Shown here: piece by piece, positions 1 to 12,548 of the stretch | How the letters are laid out: each line of letters opens with the position of its first letter | Numbering within the stretch: position 1 is the stretch's first letter | Source of the DNA: Botryllus schlosseri | Lineage: Eukaryota | Assembly (NCBI GenBank): GCA_051294905.1 | Contig: CM119371.1 | Location: 7,256,001 to 7,320,000 of the forward strand | Reading direction: 5' to 3' | Length of the DNA stretch: 64,000 bases | The notes under the pieces: model-generated | Told to the model about the DNA's origin: nothing | Database searches by the model: none | What the model saw: the letters and a program-made list of their open reading frames with translations, nothing else | Translations under genes and position numbers: made by a program

Positions 1-1316
1 TCAAAAAATTCAAATCTTAACAATTGGTCAAGAATGAAAATCTCGGAAATTTTTGGAGTAAGTGGAAGGTTGGTGAGAGATGCGAAACAGCAAGAACAAG
101 ACACTGGAGTTATTCTTTGCCACCACCACAAAAAGGGAAGATGCTTTCAGATGAAAAAATTGTGAAGTTTTTTGGAAACAGCAAACACAACAGGATGATG
201 CCGGCGTTGAAAGACCTAGTTAGCATCAAAAAGAGTGTGTATAAACAACACTGAAAGTCAAAGAAGTTTGGAAGACATATCATCAAAGATAAATATATAT
301 ATCTGATATGTGCAAGTGCGTAGTTGATATCTCACCATAATATGAAATCTACCAATCCGCTGACATTGATTTTCATTGTTATTGTCCATTTCATTGTTTA
401 GTGCTGATCGTTGCCCAAATGTATTGTGTAGAATACATAAAATATTGCATCTTATCAGTGCGTTAGTTGTGAATTCTGATTCATTTTTGAAGTACTGTGT
501 GTTCACCTCAAACTGTGTTTTTCAAAAATTATTTCCAGCATAATTTATGTCGGCAATTATCTGTTCTGAGTTATACTGACTACCTTGTGTATAGTACAAT
601 AGGTACTGTATATAGAATAAAAGTAAAATTAGTTGTTTTACAGAGTTCGTGTCATGTTGAGAAAGGTGAGATTTTCAATTAAAACATGTTTTTTGCAGGT
701 TAGTTTCATGGCACTCTTATGGTATGAAATGATTCTATAGCGAGGAATGTTATAGTTGATTCTGAAAGTCCTGATCAGGAGCTTTCCAATGACACCTGAC
801 ACTTGATGACACCACCTCTTAGTCAAAAGAAATTGTGCAATTAAAAATGACTTCACGTGTGAGCGATTTTCGAAGACGCGAGCAGAATCATGGGGCTAAA
901 GGTCAGACAATGCAACCCCAGGTGTCAAAGAAGGGGGCAAAGTATCAAGTAGGATGTAAATGAACAAGTGTGAAAGTGTCACCCTCAACAACCCAAATTT
1001 GACCAAAATATAGCAAATTTCAATTGCATGTGTAAATTTCTGTCATTTTTTTCCGCTTCAGCGATCACAAAAACAGCAATTTGTGAACGGCCATATCTTC
1101 GGTTGTACTGGATCGATTTTCATAAAATTTGTTTTTCTGAAATCAGAAAGAAAAGTTTCCCAAGCATACCAATTTTCATGATAATGTGAGAAGGTGGGGG
1201 CATATTTTGAAATTTTTCTGGACCACCTGGCATGAACTGACCTAACATTGTTAAACATGATACTTATTTAACTCTCATTAAACCCCTATCCACGTTCTGC
1301 TATTAAAACTCTAAAA

Positions 1317-1633
1317 CAGTGCTTCTCAAGCTTTTTTAGGCACGCCTTCCTTTATGATAATGAAAAATTTTGCGCCCGCCTTATCATGATATTACAAAAT
1401 AATAAAAAGTGTCACCAGAATGCTAGCAATCCCAATGAATAGTTTGATGGCATGGAAGGTTCTGGCTGTTGATGAGAGAATTCTCAAATATAAAAGTCAG
1501 AGAATACACAGAGCATAAACGATATGCTGGGGTGCTGGGGGTGAATCACGCTAAGCGCGAAACTTTTTTTCGGTGAACTTTGGCGTCGAGCCACCCTTCT
1601 GATGCTTTAACGCCCGCAGTTCGAGAATCACTG
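1317..1633. mobile_element. hAT-type non-autonomous element (MITE)
   Basis: Termini CAGTGCTTCTCAA ... TCGAGAATCACTG; degenerate 8-bp flanks ctctaaaa/cactgaaa (6/8). Confidence 0.5.
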
Positions 1634-2677
1634 CACTGAAATGTATATAACAAAGCATGTTTTCTTGTTCGCTACCTTCCGAGCAGTGTGCAGCTTGAAA
1701 GCGTGTATGTTGCGCGAAGCTTGCAGTTTTTCTGAGTTTTTCCCTCCCTTGACCACAAGTTTAGTGTTTTTGTCATAAGACCAACTCTAATTAATATCCT
1801 TAATCTCGGCAACATGCTCGGCAAAAACTAAAAGGATGAGTTTACCCCTGAATCCAGTATACAAATATTTAGTGCTCTAGTCTAAACCTAAGACTTTTTT
1901 GGCATGCCCGTTAATAATTTATGGGTGATAGATATGATGAGTCATATAGTAATCGCAAGCACTGATTGACTTGTTTTACAAATTGGGGATTTGGAAACGT
2001 ATCACGTATCAATTTGAAACACATGCTGTATAATGCGTAATGTGACATTGTCACAGTGACAATGGCAACGAAGAAGGTTTGAACTAAACTATATGGAAAG
2101 AGTAACTTCTTGCGACTTCAATTGCTACTCATACTTTGCCACACTGCCTTTATTTTGAATATGGATAACGCATGGGAGGTGCGTAGGCAATGTAATCGTG
2201 GCATATCAATGAACAGGCTTCAAAGTAAACCAATTTCCTGTTCATTTGATACATCCTACGATTTTGGTCCTTCAAAAAGCAAGTTTTATATATTGAATTC
2301 CAAGCAACCTGTTGCGGTCCGCACAGAATAGCTTCGCGGGCCGCATCCGGCCCGCACTTTGCACAGATCTGTTCTATATCATTGATGGCAAATAATCGAA
2401 TCCGAAGTTATTGATTTTGTAAATGGATAAAATCAGAATTACTCACTTTTATCTCCTGGACGGAATTGTCAGACATTGATGCATGTCAGATTCCAACTGA
2501 TTGATATCGGCTGATTTTGCCATGCAAACTTCTTTTATCACCAAAGCCATTTCCCATCCAACAACCAGACTATTAAACGATACCTATGTTATCCGATATG
2601 AGGATATTCTGATTGCAATCCACTGTACCAAAACGAAAAGTGGTTATGAAAAGTAAAATCAATGAATCTATATACAC

Positions 2678-3842
2678 CAGTGGTTCTCAAACGCCGGTCA
2701 ACCAGGTATATAACAACTTTATCAAATATTATTTAAATTTCATTCAATTTTCTTTAATGCGATTTGGCGTCACTAATTGTCTTGATTATTGGGTGCCCTT
2801 CCTCCAAGAAATACCCATGACATATTGCAATAGGCATTCTAATCTCAATCATTACCGGGCCACGACGCACCATCCCATAATGAAGTTTAGGCTAACATAG
2901 GACTCTGAATAGAGTGCCGAAAATTCCGTAGCGAGAAAACCTTGGCTGAAAAGGATTAGCCTTTGTTGACCGAAAACATCGATATTGTCCAATGTCCATA
3001 TGTGCCTAAACGGCTGTCAGCGAATCTCACTGTCCTGACCATCTGTACCTCACAGGACAAATGCCATCCCACAGAGAATAAAATTGTTTGCCAGCGAGCA
3101 AATACCACTTTGGAATCGTGTGCATCTTCTCACCCAGCTCTACTGGAAAATCTGATAATTCTGAGATAATAAAAAATTGATATCAATATGTATGCAATTA
3201 CCAATAGTATTGACCAACTCGGTAATGAATTATAAAATATTTTCGCGCGAAAGCTACATAAACACTCTGCCTACACTGAGTAGAATGAATGCGCTCACAA
3301 GTACTGAGGAAAATATCCATCAAACTGTGGGGAGGCCGTTTTTGGGGTGTGGGCTGACGAAGTGCTTTTTATGCGCTGATTTTGTGGATGATCAGGTACA
3401 GTATAGCTTTATCATGCAAGTGTTTTCGTGCCGCATTTTTTATTCGTCGTAGCCAGAGTATCTTACGTTTTGTCGCAGAGAGCAATCGCCAAGGTGGCAC
3501 GACAAGGTGCTTAGTTCTATTCCAAAACGCTTCATCTCTCGATATTGTCGAAGAGAAGAATATTATTCGTGTTGGCGTAGTCAGTTAAATTCACGGCCTT
3601 CGGTGCGAAAGACTGTAAAGGACTCTCGCCAGTGGACTCAGCAGACTCACTGCAGTAAATATGCATGGATACCAAACCATCATGAACATAGTTAATTATG
3701 ATTAAAACCCTCAAAATGTCACTCTCCAGCACCAGGTATTTGCAAAAAACGGTTGCACACTTTACATTTTTAGTCCACCGGTCCGCTAAATATTTTTTGA
3801 AATTATACCGGTCCGCGAGGTGAAAAAGGTTGAGAACCACTG
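2678..3842. mobile_element. hAT (Charlie-like) non-autonomous DNA transposon
   Basis: TIRs CAGTGGTTCTCAA/TTGAGAACCACTG; perfect 8-bp TSD atatacac (2670-2677, 3843-3850); empty site in unit B near 35335-35350. Confidence 0.9.
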
Positions 3843-5029
3843 ATATACACCACAGGTTGCCCAAGCCTGACCATCGTACCAGAAGATGTGGTAGATAACG
3901 AGATGCCGATAGTCGTCTCATATAAACATAGGCCTAATTTAAATGGTTAGTTTTTAGTATGAGTAAAAATCAGGAATCCTGATGATGGATAGCGAAAAAT
4001 TGACACTTTTTTTATTCGGCGCACCCAAATTCATCAAAAACAACAAGAAATAACAAGATAAACAAAGATTTCATCCGATTTTATTTCATACATAATTATC
4101 ATTTTTAATCCACGACTCTCATAAAATAAGGTCGACATATAAACTTGTAACTTATAACCCAAACTCATATTGTTGTGAGTATTCCCTTTTGAAGAGTGGA
4201 TAGCTTGAGCAAATATATATGCGGCTCAACAAGGAAGAGATAATACACACTGATTTGACTTTTTTCATATTGAATCATTGAGTGTTGCTGGTGTTTTCAT
4301 ACTGAATTATGGGAAGTGTAAAACTTATACTGCCGACAGTAATCAGAACGTTCCCAACTATTGATATTGGCCATGTAACCCTTGTGCAATGAATTTTCCA
4401 AGTCATCGATCATATTTATATTGAGTAAGGAAATACAGTAAATATATGATGGGCTGTATCAACTAAAATTGCCGGCAGATTTATACACTTTCGTGTTTCT
4501 CCACAAAATTTCTGGTTACTATTGCTATGACATTTATCAAATGGTACAAATCGATCACATGCCAAAATTTGAAAAACTGGACCTACAAAGTTTTGCCGCT
4601 TTGAAACAAAAAATACACAATCTTCAAGGCAATTATGATGGATTGAAAATGAAATGAATTGAAAATTGTAATTATTTTCATTCATGTCTCAGCTGCAGAT
4701 TTGTACAAACTACTAATCCAGTTGGTTCATGGTAAAGAGTAGTTCATGATGCAAATTTTTGAAGCGAGTAGTTTAGCGTGAATAGTGAAACTGGTGTTCT
4801 GTTGTGTGACGTTCTTGCAGCTATTGCTAGCTCGGAGTCAACGCTACCAACAATGGCGTGGCCAGGAAATGGGTTTTGAGGGTCGAAAACCGTCCATTTC
4901 AAACTCAAAACCCCGTTCTTTTGAAAGGCAGATTATATTTCCAACTCAGTAATTCACATTATAAATACTGCAGTTGCTTCAGAACTGAAAATCCAGTAAT
5001 TTGTACAAATCTGCTCAGGTGAGTGCAAT

Positions 5030-6649
5030 CTATCTCTTCACAAATACAGATCTGTAAATCACAAAACATTCATCTACTTTTGGTGTCACTATAGTCCATT
5101 TGTCTTGTGTTATATCATACTTTTCAATTTTATTAGCGGTTTTTCCTTCTGATACTGCAAAAATCCACTTGTCATGTTGATAAGCAGAAACTCGATCATG
5201 AGGAGCATTCATAGATAAAAATGAAGTCCATTGAGCTGAAGTAACATCGTAACATTCAACGTTGTTGACTTGAAATCCTCCACTCCATCCACCGATCACA
5301 AATATCTTGTGATCAACTGCAACAACACCACTGTCAGTCACAGGATATCTCATTGGGTCGAGATCAACCCACTCTGATGAGGATGGAGTGAATCTGCAGA
5401 ATGATGAAACTATGACATCATCTTGTCCTACACCTCCGATACAATAGATGGAATCGTTCAATGATACGAGACTTGTATTACAAATCGCTGTAGGTTTGTC
5501 TTCTAGTTGAATCCATTGATTCACAAGGGAAGTAAATATTTCCACGTCACTTGTTGCTTTAGGATAACTTCCGCCCACGACAAATATCGATCCCGACTAA
5601 GAAACTGCACGAGGATAGTTTCCATGATCACAAATCATATCTTTCATCTTTTCCCACGTTGATTTTTCGCTCTGAAAATTGAGTCGGTAAACTGATTTCG
5701 TCACACACAAAACGTAGATATACGAGTCTAGAGAAATCGCAGAGAAAAGTGGTAAATTCTTAAACTTCTCATCATGGAACTTGTCTACTTTTTCAGTTAC
5801 TGGATTGAAGGATCGGATACAATCTGCGTCACGATCAAAAAGAATTATCAATTCATCTTTGCCAATTTCTTTGTTTCTTTTTTGTGATGCTTTTAAAAGA
5901 TGTCCATTGATCAACTTGTACAGTCCTAAGTTGTTACTGATAATTAGGTTCGATTCCAAAAGACGTTCTAAAAATGCCGGAGAGACTTTATCAAACTTGA
6001 TTGCTTCGAGACATTCGTCCAAATGTTCCTGATTTCTGCAATTTTTCTCCACCCAATCGAACAATAAAATTAGTTTTTCTTCTTCACATAACTTTGATTT
6101 TTCCGACATCACAAATTTGAGGAGGTTAGTTTTTTCAATGTTTCCAAATTCTGGTTGGTTTGATATTTTTATGATATTTTCAATAAAAAACGCTTCACAT
6201 CGCGTAGAGAGGGCATCCAGTCCATAAATATCGGCAACATTTCTTGTGGAAAAGTAGTTCTCTACATCAACTGATTCCGCCAAAACGTCAGATACTGCCT
6301 GCTTCACATCTTCCAGCTGCATCATGACTGCGACATGTAGAAGATCATTCATCTTTTCATCAGGAATCTCAAATTTTCCCGAATATATGAAATCGATGCA
6401 GTTTTTCACACACCTTGAATCGACCTCTTTCAAAACAACTTTTCCTTCACGACACTCTTTTGTGTCGTGTTTCAACATAGCTTTAAAATAATCACAACCA
6501 GCCGACAATACATTTCTGTGAGTGTAATAAACATCATCTCCCACTTGAATTGTGAAATCACAATGATCGTTCTCTCGCTTCATTCGATGTAATTCTTCCA
6601 TCATCTTCACTGAATGTTTCTCTACATTTTGACACACAATCTGCACCAT
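5030..6649 (-). pseudogene. Intronless BTB-BACK-Kelch (kelch-like) gene, copy A, with one in-frame TAG at 5597-5599
   Basis: BTB (CDFTIQV..HRNVLSAGCDYFKAM..FIYSG), BACK, and Kelch repeats (IYCIGG, IFVIGG, VECYD..W). ORFs 5597-6658 and 5030-5578 are in the same frame; the paralog has TTG (Leu) at the stop position. Confidence 0.9.
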
Positions 6650-7186
6650 GATTGTCAATCAACTATAATTATCCTACGATTATTATAATATAGTCAAGCA
6701 CTGTTATTGAATTAAAGATGATTAGAAAGTAATGCCTGTTGAAAGAATCATAATACGTACCGGTACATCAACGTCATGAGTATGAATTGAAGGAAATTCA
6801 ACTACACATAGGGTGATCACTGAACAGTGCTAAATCAGAGGCATCCCTCTCATAATGTTATGAAAACTTCTTTATATTTTATACTGTGGTATATTCCAGG
6901 GGCGACCGCACCTATTTCATGCTCCAACCTAATACCACAAAGATTGGTTTTAACAGAGCAGCAACACGAATGATCACGGCATCACGCTGATTTCGATCCC
7001 CGTGTTTGGAAACGAAACCAGCGAAGCATGCGGCTTGTCAGTGTCATCTGACGGATAATTAGTTTTTGCATTTGCAGTGCAGACGTTACTGTAGGAACTC
7101 GTTTCCTACTGAGTAGTTAACTAACTACGTAACTCTCATTTCGATACTGAGAACGCCAGACAAGTATAGCTACACTCAATCTGTAA

Positions 7187-7885
7187 TCACAACAACAATA
7201 ACTGGGCAAATGCGCACCCTTGTTTGCAGTTCGTAGCCTTCATACCGAAAGTTTTGTGGTAGTGACAGATGAAAACTCCACTTGCGCTGTTTACTTCTGC
7301 CTGTGGGGCGATATCCTGCGCGTCATGGCGTAAGGCGCTCACGTTGGCTGTCTGAGCTGCGAAAAACACTCTATCCGCAACTTCGGCCAGTTTTTCAACA
7401 TCTGTTTCTGCGGATGTGGCCAGCGCTGTTCGCACTGCAGCAGGTAGCTGGGCCAACCAGAACGCTCGCAGTAATGTCTCTTGACTGCCACCTAGCGCGC
7501 GCATGTATCTCAACAACCCAGACGGCTTTCTGTCTCCTAAGCCGGCTATGTTAAGAAGTTCAGAGTCCTTAACTTCTTGTGGCTTGCCATATACTTTGAT
7601 TAGCGCCCTTTTGGTAGCAGAGTACTTTTCTGTTGCTGGCGGGTCAGTAAGGAGAGAGGAAATTTCGCTAGCAGTGGCGTTATCTAACACCGAAACCACA
7701 TGGTTAAATTTCGTTTCATCTCGAGTGATGCGTGCAGCCTCGAACTGAGCTTCAGCTCTAGCGAACCACAAAGTAGGGTTGTCAGTCCATATTGACGGAA
7801 GTTTAACGCTTACCGCATTAGCTGTCGAAGGAATGACGAGATTCTTCAGTGCGTCGGTCAATCCCTGCAAAGCGGCGTTATCCAT
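7187..7885 (-). CDS. Gypsy-type Gag protein, truncated and running into the LTR remnant
   Basis: VKLPSIWTDNPTLWFARAEAQF N-terminal motif, LGDRKPSGLL, and C-terminal CHYH..FG..A..C...C motif typical of invertebrate Gypsy Gag; no pol follows. Confidence 0.85.
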   Translation of the reverse strand: MDNAALQGLTDALKNLVIPSTANAVSVKLPSIWTDNPTLWFARAEAQFEAARITRDETKFNHVVSVLDNATASEISSLLTDPPATEKYSATKRALIKVYGKPQEVKDSELLNIAGLGDRKPSGLLRYMRALGGSQETLLRAFWLAQLPAAVRTALATSAETDVEKLAEVADRVFFAAQTANVSALRHDAQDIAPQAEVNSASGVFICHYHKTFGMKATNCKQGCAFAQLLLL

Positions 7886-7953
7886 GTTGGAAAGCGTCAG
7901 TATAATCCTGGCTGTGCACAATATTTGTGGTCTTCTGGAGTCTTCCAGGTAGT

Positions 7954-7965
7954 TCGGGGTCACCA
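7954..7965 (-). other. Primer-binding site (tRNA-Trp-like)
   Basis: TGGTGACCCCGA, 1 nt after the 5' LTR end; complementary to the conserved eukaryotic tRNA-Trp 3' end (recalled from memory). Confidence 0.75.
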
Positions 7966-8930
7966 ATGTAGGAACTCGTTTCCTACTGAGTAGTTAACTA
8001 ACTACGTAACTCTCATTTCGATACTGAGAACGCCAGACAAATATAGCTACACTCAATCTGTAATCACAACAACAATAATATGAACATGCTCTCTGACTGA
8101 CTACTGTGAAGCCGCCGGAATATGAACACGTCATAAATACGAATCTGCTGACTCATTGTCTACGCAGTGTTTCGCTCGTCGATGTACCAAATATTCATCA
8201 CGGTAATTACATACTTTAATGGAAATCCACCAAATCAAAACAAAATTATATATTTCGAGTGCATGAAAGTGACTGTGCATTTGTTTACTTCTGCTGTATT
8301 TGTTTTGTGTCAACTTGAACTCGGTTATCTTTCATTGCATCGCAGCCTTGTGGTGTATTGAAGTGAATTGAATTAGTTTCTGCAATGCGCCTCTATTTCA
8401 AACGGTTGCAGTGAATTCCGTACGTTGAAATCGGCAGTTGGTGAATTTGACACTTCCAATGTAATAACTATCATTATGAAATCAATGCAAAAATATTGTA
8501 TTAATAAATTTGGAAACGAATATTTCACGAAGTAATAAAGTGAAGTGTAGTTATACGGCACTCGGTATCGTTGTTTTCGGGCTCGGGTTTAGGTTTAGGC
8601 TAGTGTTGAGAGAGACATATTTTATTCGGTAAAAATTACATTCAAAAATATACTACAGGCTGCAGCGATACGATCCTTAGGGATAATCCAGTCAGCTGCA
8701 TCGAGGGAGTACTAAAGCGTCTTTCAAGTCGAGTTCCGCGTAAAGAATAAATTAAAACAGGGGTTATAGCTTTGTGTCAGCGGCTCGGGGTTCGATTAAG
8801 TTAAAGACGTTGTGGTAGGGGGGGGGGGGGTGAGGATTAGGCCTCCGAATTTACTGATAACCTTTCAAAAAGTCTTTAGTACCAAGCCTCAATGTATGGC
8901 TGGAGGTAAATATAGAAAAATATCAACTAC

Positions 8931-9280
8931 TAGAGGTGGTTAAATTAGTCGTATTTGGTACTCAAGTAGAAGTATAGAGGCGTCGTCGTAATCTCTATAG
9001 TCAAGTATACAGTAGAAGAAGCGAATTGCAATCCGCTAAATAACTAAGTATTTCGGCTTGGTTTTGCCATAAAAACTGAAAACTGTTGAGTGTAAGTAGT
9101 CCAAAATGATAACCACTTGAGTAATTTGTCCAAGTAGGCAAAATGAACATGAGTAGGCTACTTTAAGTAGAAGTGAAAGTAGCCTATATATGTAAACAGT
9201 CGAGTAATTATTAGCGCAAATAGGAAAAACATACTTGACTACTCTGGAAAAGTAGAAATACTTAGATACTGACCATCTCT
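8931..9280. mobile_element. Degenerate hAT-like MITE (AAGTAG-rich), related to 50530-51367
   Basis: Termini TAGAGGTGGT...ACCATCTCTG and repeated aagtag motifs; no TSD found. Confidence 0.4.
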
Positions 9281-9642
9281 GTCGAGGTCAGGGACAATAG
9301 CTGCTCGCTCATGGCCAGAGTTCACCCTTGAGCAACTGGCTTACTGTTATATAACGTATAGCCTGCGAGGGTATACAGCGAGTTCGTGGTCTACGGATAG
9401 CGGCTTACAAATATACTGGAAGTGAGACGAACGTCCTGACGAATGAGTCCTTGACTAGTAGTTAAACACACGACTATCGCCTTTTCCAGATATATTGTAC
9501 GAATAAATCACACATGAGTCTATCTAGTTAATATACGATAGGCATTGGGTTATATACCATGTACGAATAGAGATCACGTGATCACGTGCATGCATCATCG
9601 GTAAATGAATTGAACAGCGGTACGAGTACAAAATGTAAGAAT

Positions 9643-10171
9643 TAAGGCAAGTTTTTGTTGCAGTCAAATCCGTGGAAAGTTGCACTTATTTTTTATAAAA
9701 GTTGCAACGAAAAGTTGCATTTAATTTCCACAAAAGTTGCACCAAAAGCTGCAGTTATGGACAAGTGCCTAGAAAGTATTAGGGTATAAGATATTCGAAT
9801 CGTTCTATATTCAAGGCAATGCAGCAAAACTTAATGTTGGCAACTTGAACAATGTCAATAGCCTGAAAAACTTGATCCGGCGGTCAAGTTCGAATGTACG
9901 TCAAATCAGAAAGGACCTCAAATTTAAACGACAGTGAAATAATCAAGCGATCTATTTACATATAGTAGCAAATATTTCCAGTAAGAAATTATTTGTATAG
10001 AAAATCGAAAAAAAACTTGCTAGAAGTTGCATGAAAAATCGAAAAGAGTTGCAAAATTTGCAATATAATAAACCTCCAAACAGCTTAAATTGGTATAGGC
10101 CTACTACATAACTTCTGAGTATTTAGGAAGCTGCCGGAAGTTAAAAAAAAAAATTGCAAAAACTTGCCCTA
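9643..10171. mobile_element. hAT-type MITE
   Basis: TIRs TAAGGCAAGTTTTTG/CAAAAACTTGCCCTA; 8-bp TSD gtaagaat/gtaataat (7/8); aagttgca subterminal repeats; related inverted fragment near 32890-33090. Confidence 0.7.
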
Positions 10172-10900
10172 GTAATAATTGTAATATTCAACTGTATAGA
10201 ATAGCCTATATGTTAACGCTGTAAGGTCGAATCCAGTAGTCAATGATATTATTTTATAAGGGGATATGACTTGCAAAAGGCAGAAATCTTTTGTCGAACG
10301 CAAAATGTCAGTTAGTCTTTGATACAGATGACCACCATTTATTTACAAGGCCGCATAGGAAGCCGCGAAATTGCCGAATTGGTAGCAACAGTCAATGCTC
10401 AAAGTTTACGAATCGATCCACTGGGATCAGCGAAGCTCTGTCGCGGTAATTGTGATTACCATATATAATCGCGATATGACTTTCGCAACTATAACCGATT
10501 TAGTTGGTCGGGTGCGAAGCTGAACTACTGGTGCGGTAAACATCCGGTCGAAGATCACATTCATATTAGTGCCGCACACTGCATTCGTAGGTCATGCGAT
10601 TAGCGACCAATTCCACGTGTACGGTGTAAATATCGGACAGGTAGTGAGTAATTGTCTTTCGAAAGAGCATTTCGGAATTCAGCAATTCACGCGGTCCTGA
10701 CGGCGGGAAGGGGGTCCGATTTCTGCAACAAGAAGTCGGCAGCAGTATCACGACAACAAACGAAATGCACATTTACTAAACAAGAAAAATAATAACAATA
10801 ATGTATTAATTACAATAAATGCGTATACAGACAATAGGAATGCAACAAGGCAGGCAACTAATCAGATCAATGACGTAATGAATCTAGCAAATACAAGTAT

Positions 10901-11918
10901 TCATGGAATGGTATGACTTTTGGACACGGCAGACATAATGTGGTGTATTCTCACGTCCAATTTCGTGGCGCCGCAGATGATTTTAAATAGTATCCATGCT
11001 CGATAATCTCGAATTTTCGCGATTTGGTTATCAAGCTGATCAGCGGAGCAGCAATGATAATTAAGCCAATTAGGGAAGCATACTGCGTCCGCAGACATGC
11101 AAACACAAACACCGCAGCTGAATGAATCCGATTGTTTGACCAAACATTTCAATTTGTACCCCCGTACATGACAGCGGGTGGTGTTGTTCACGTGCGGAAA
11201 TAAATGCTCGATCACTTTCATATTGAAATCAATGGGTGAAGGGCCAAGTGAGTCATAAATCGTGATATATTCGTCATCACTGCTGACTGTCAACAAGATA
11301 AAGTGCTTTCGCCAAAGTAAAGGGTATAACAAAACAAACGAGTCTTGGGTTTGGTTAACATATTTTGGGTATAGCGAACGAAGCGACTCCCTTTTATACG
11401 ATTTATTTGCCAGTATTTCTGCCGTCAAATCCGGATTGACGCAGAAAATTTGTTTTTTGGAGTTTGTCTTGGAAGCAATTAAAGCGGAATTTTCGATATA
11501 TCGGTATACCATTGTGACTGTCAACCAGCCATTGGGATCGGAAGTGTTTTTTTGCCTGCTGGGTCCGGGTCTGTTACAGGTAAAATCAGACAATGGTCTT
11601 GTGGAGAGTATATCGGACCAACAAATGACGTTTGTGTCACATTTAACGGCTACAGTATTCATATCTTCGATATCTTCCGCTTGATGCCAGACTTTATTGG
11701 AAAGTCTAAGGCAACACCCTTCGAATGTTTGTGGTGGTAACAGCCCAGGAAAAGGTGCGTCTTTCAGATACGCAGGTATTGTGTCCGCGCATGCAACCAG
11801 CATGCTATTAGTCGATTCCTGTTCTCGAGATTCCTGCAACGCAACGACTGATGACACTGCATTTTTGTCTTTTGTATTTGGCCGAAAAGGTTGGCCAGCC
11901 CTGACTAGCAGCTTATCT
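10901..11918 (-). CDS. Ulp1/SENP (peptidase C48) SUMO/ubiquitin-like protease domain; probably a terminal exon
   Basis: Open frame with catalytic motifs in the correct order: PLLWRKHFILL (His), YDSL (Asp), KQSDSFSCGVCV (Gln, Cys). The frame opens upstream of the GTG call, next to a possible acceptor AG at ~11919. Confidence 0.85.
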
Positions 11919-12548
11919 TAAAGTCATTATGGAAAAATCGTTGCGTAGGCTTATATCACAGGAGAAAATGTTTTTTTTTTAAATTTCGAAGTCACCATGA
12001 TTGACCTTGCTCATTCAATTTTTTTGTTACAATCCCCAACAAAACATCTCTAAACAGCATTTTTTTTGTATCAGTAGGCTATTGATAGCAATTTAGCAAT
12101 AAATATGAGTCTGCACAGTAGGATATTTCATCTCAGATGACGACTCTGTGGATGATGAGCTCTGGAGTTTTACTATAGTAAGGAAGCAAAACTGCATCGT
12201 GATTTTCCGGATTAAGAAATAATACAAATTAATTTATCAACTACTTCCAGGCTTCGCGGACCCCCGGTGGAGAACCGATGACTTAGATACAGTAAATTAG
12301 CACTAAAGAAGAGCTGCGGCAGGTATTTTTGGAGCTGGGCCGGTAAGATGACCTTTTTTGTCAACCGACCACGAAGTGGGAAAACTTTACCATTTTTTAG
12401 GATTTTCCTCCGGTTTTGCAAGTCTGAAAATTTTGAAAAAGTGTCCTCTTTTCAGATTTCCAAAATATGATACCCCTACTATAACATGCGATGTTTCCAA
12501 GAATTTCACACGACACGTATAAGCGCTCACGCAACAAATAATATTACG

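Noticed and set aside
24..1260. Possible DNA-transposon relic (KGKMLSDE..V.FF..RMMP.LKD.VS fragment and terminal-like sequence)
   Set aside because: Looks TE-derived, but it is cut by the window edge and I cannot assign a family or ends.
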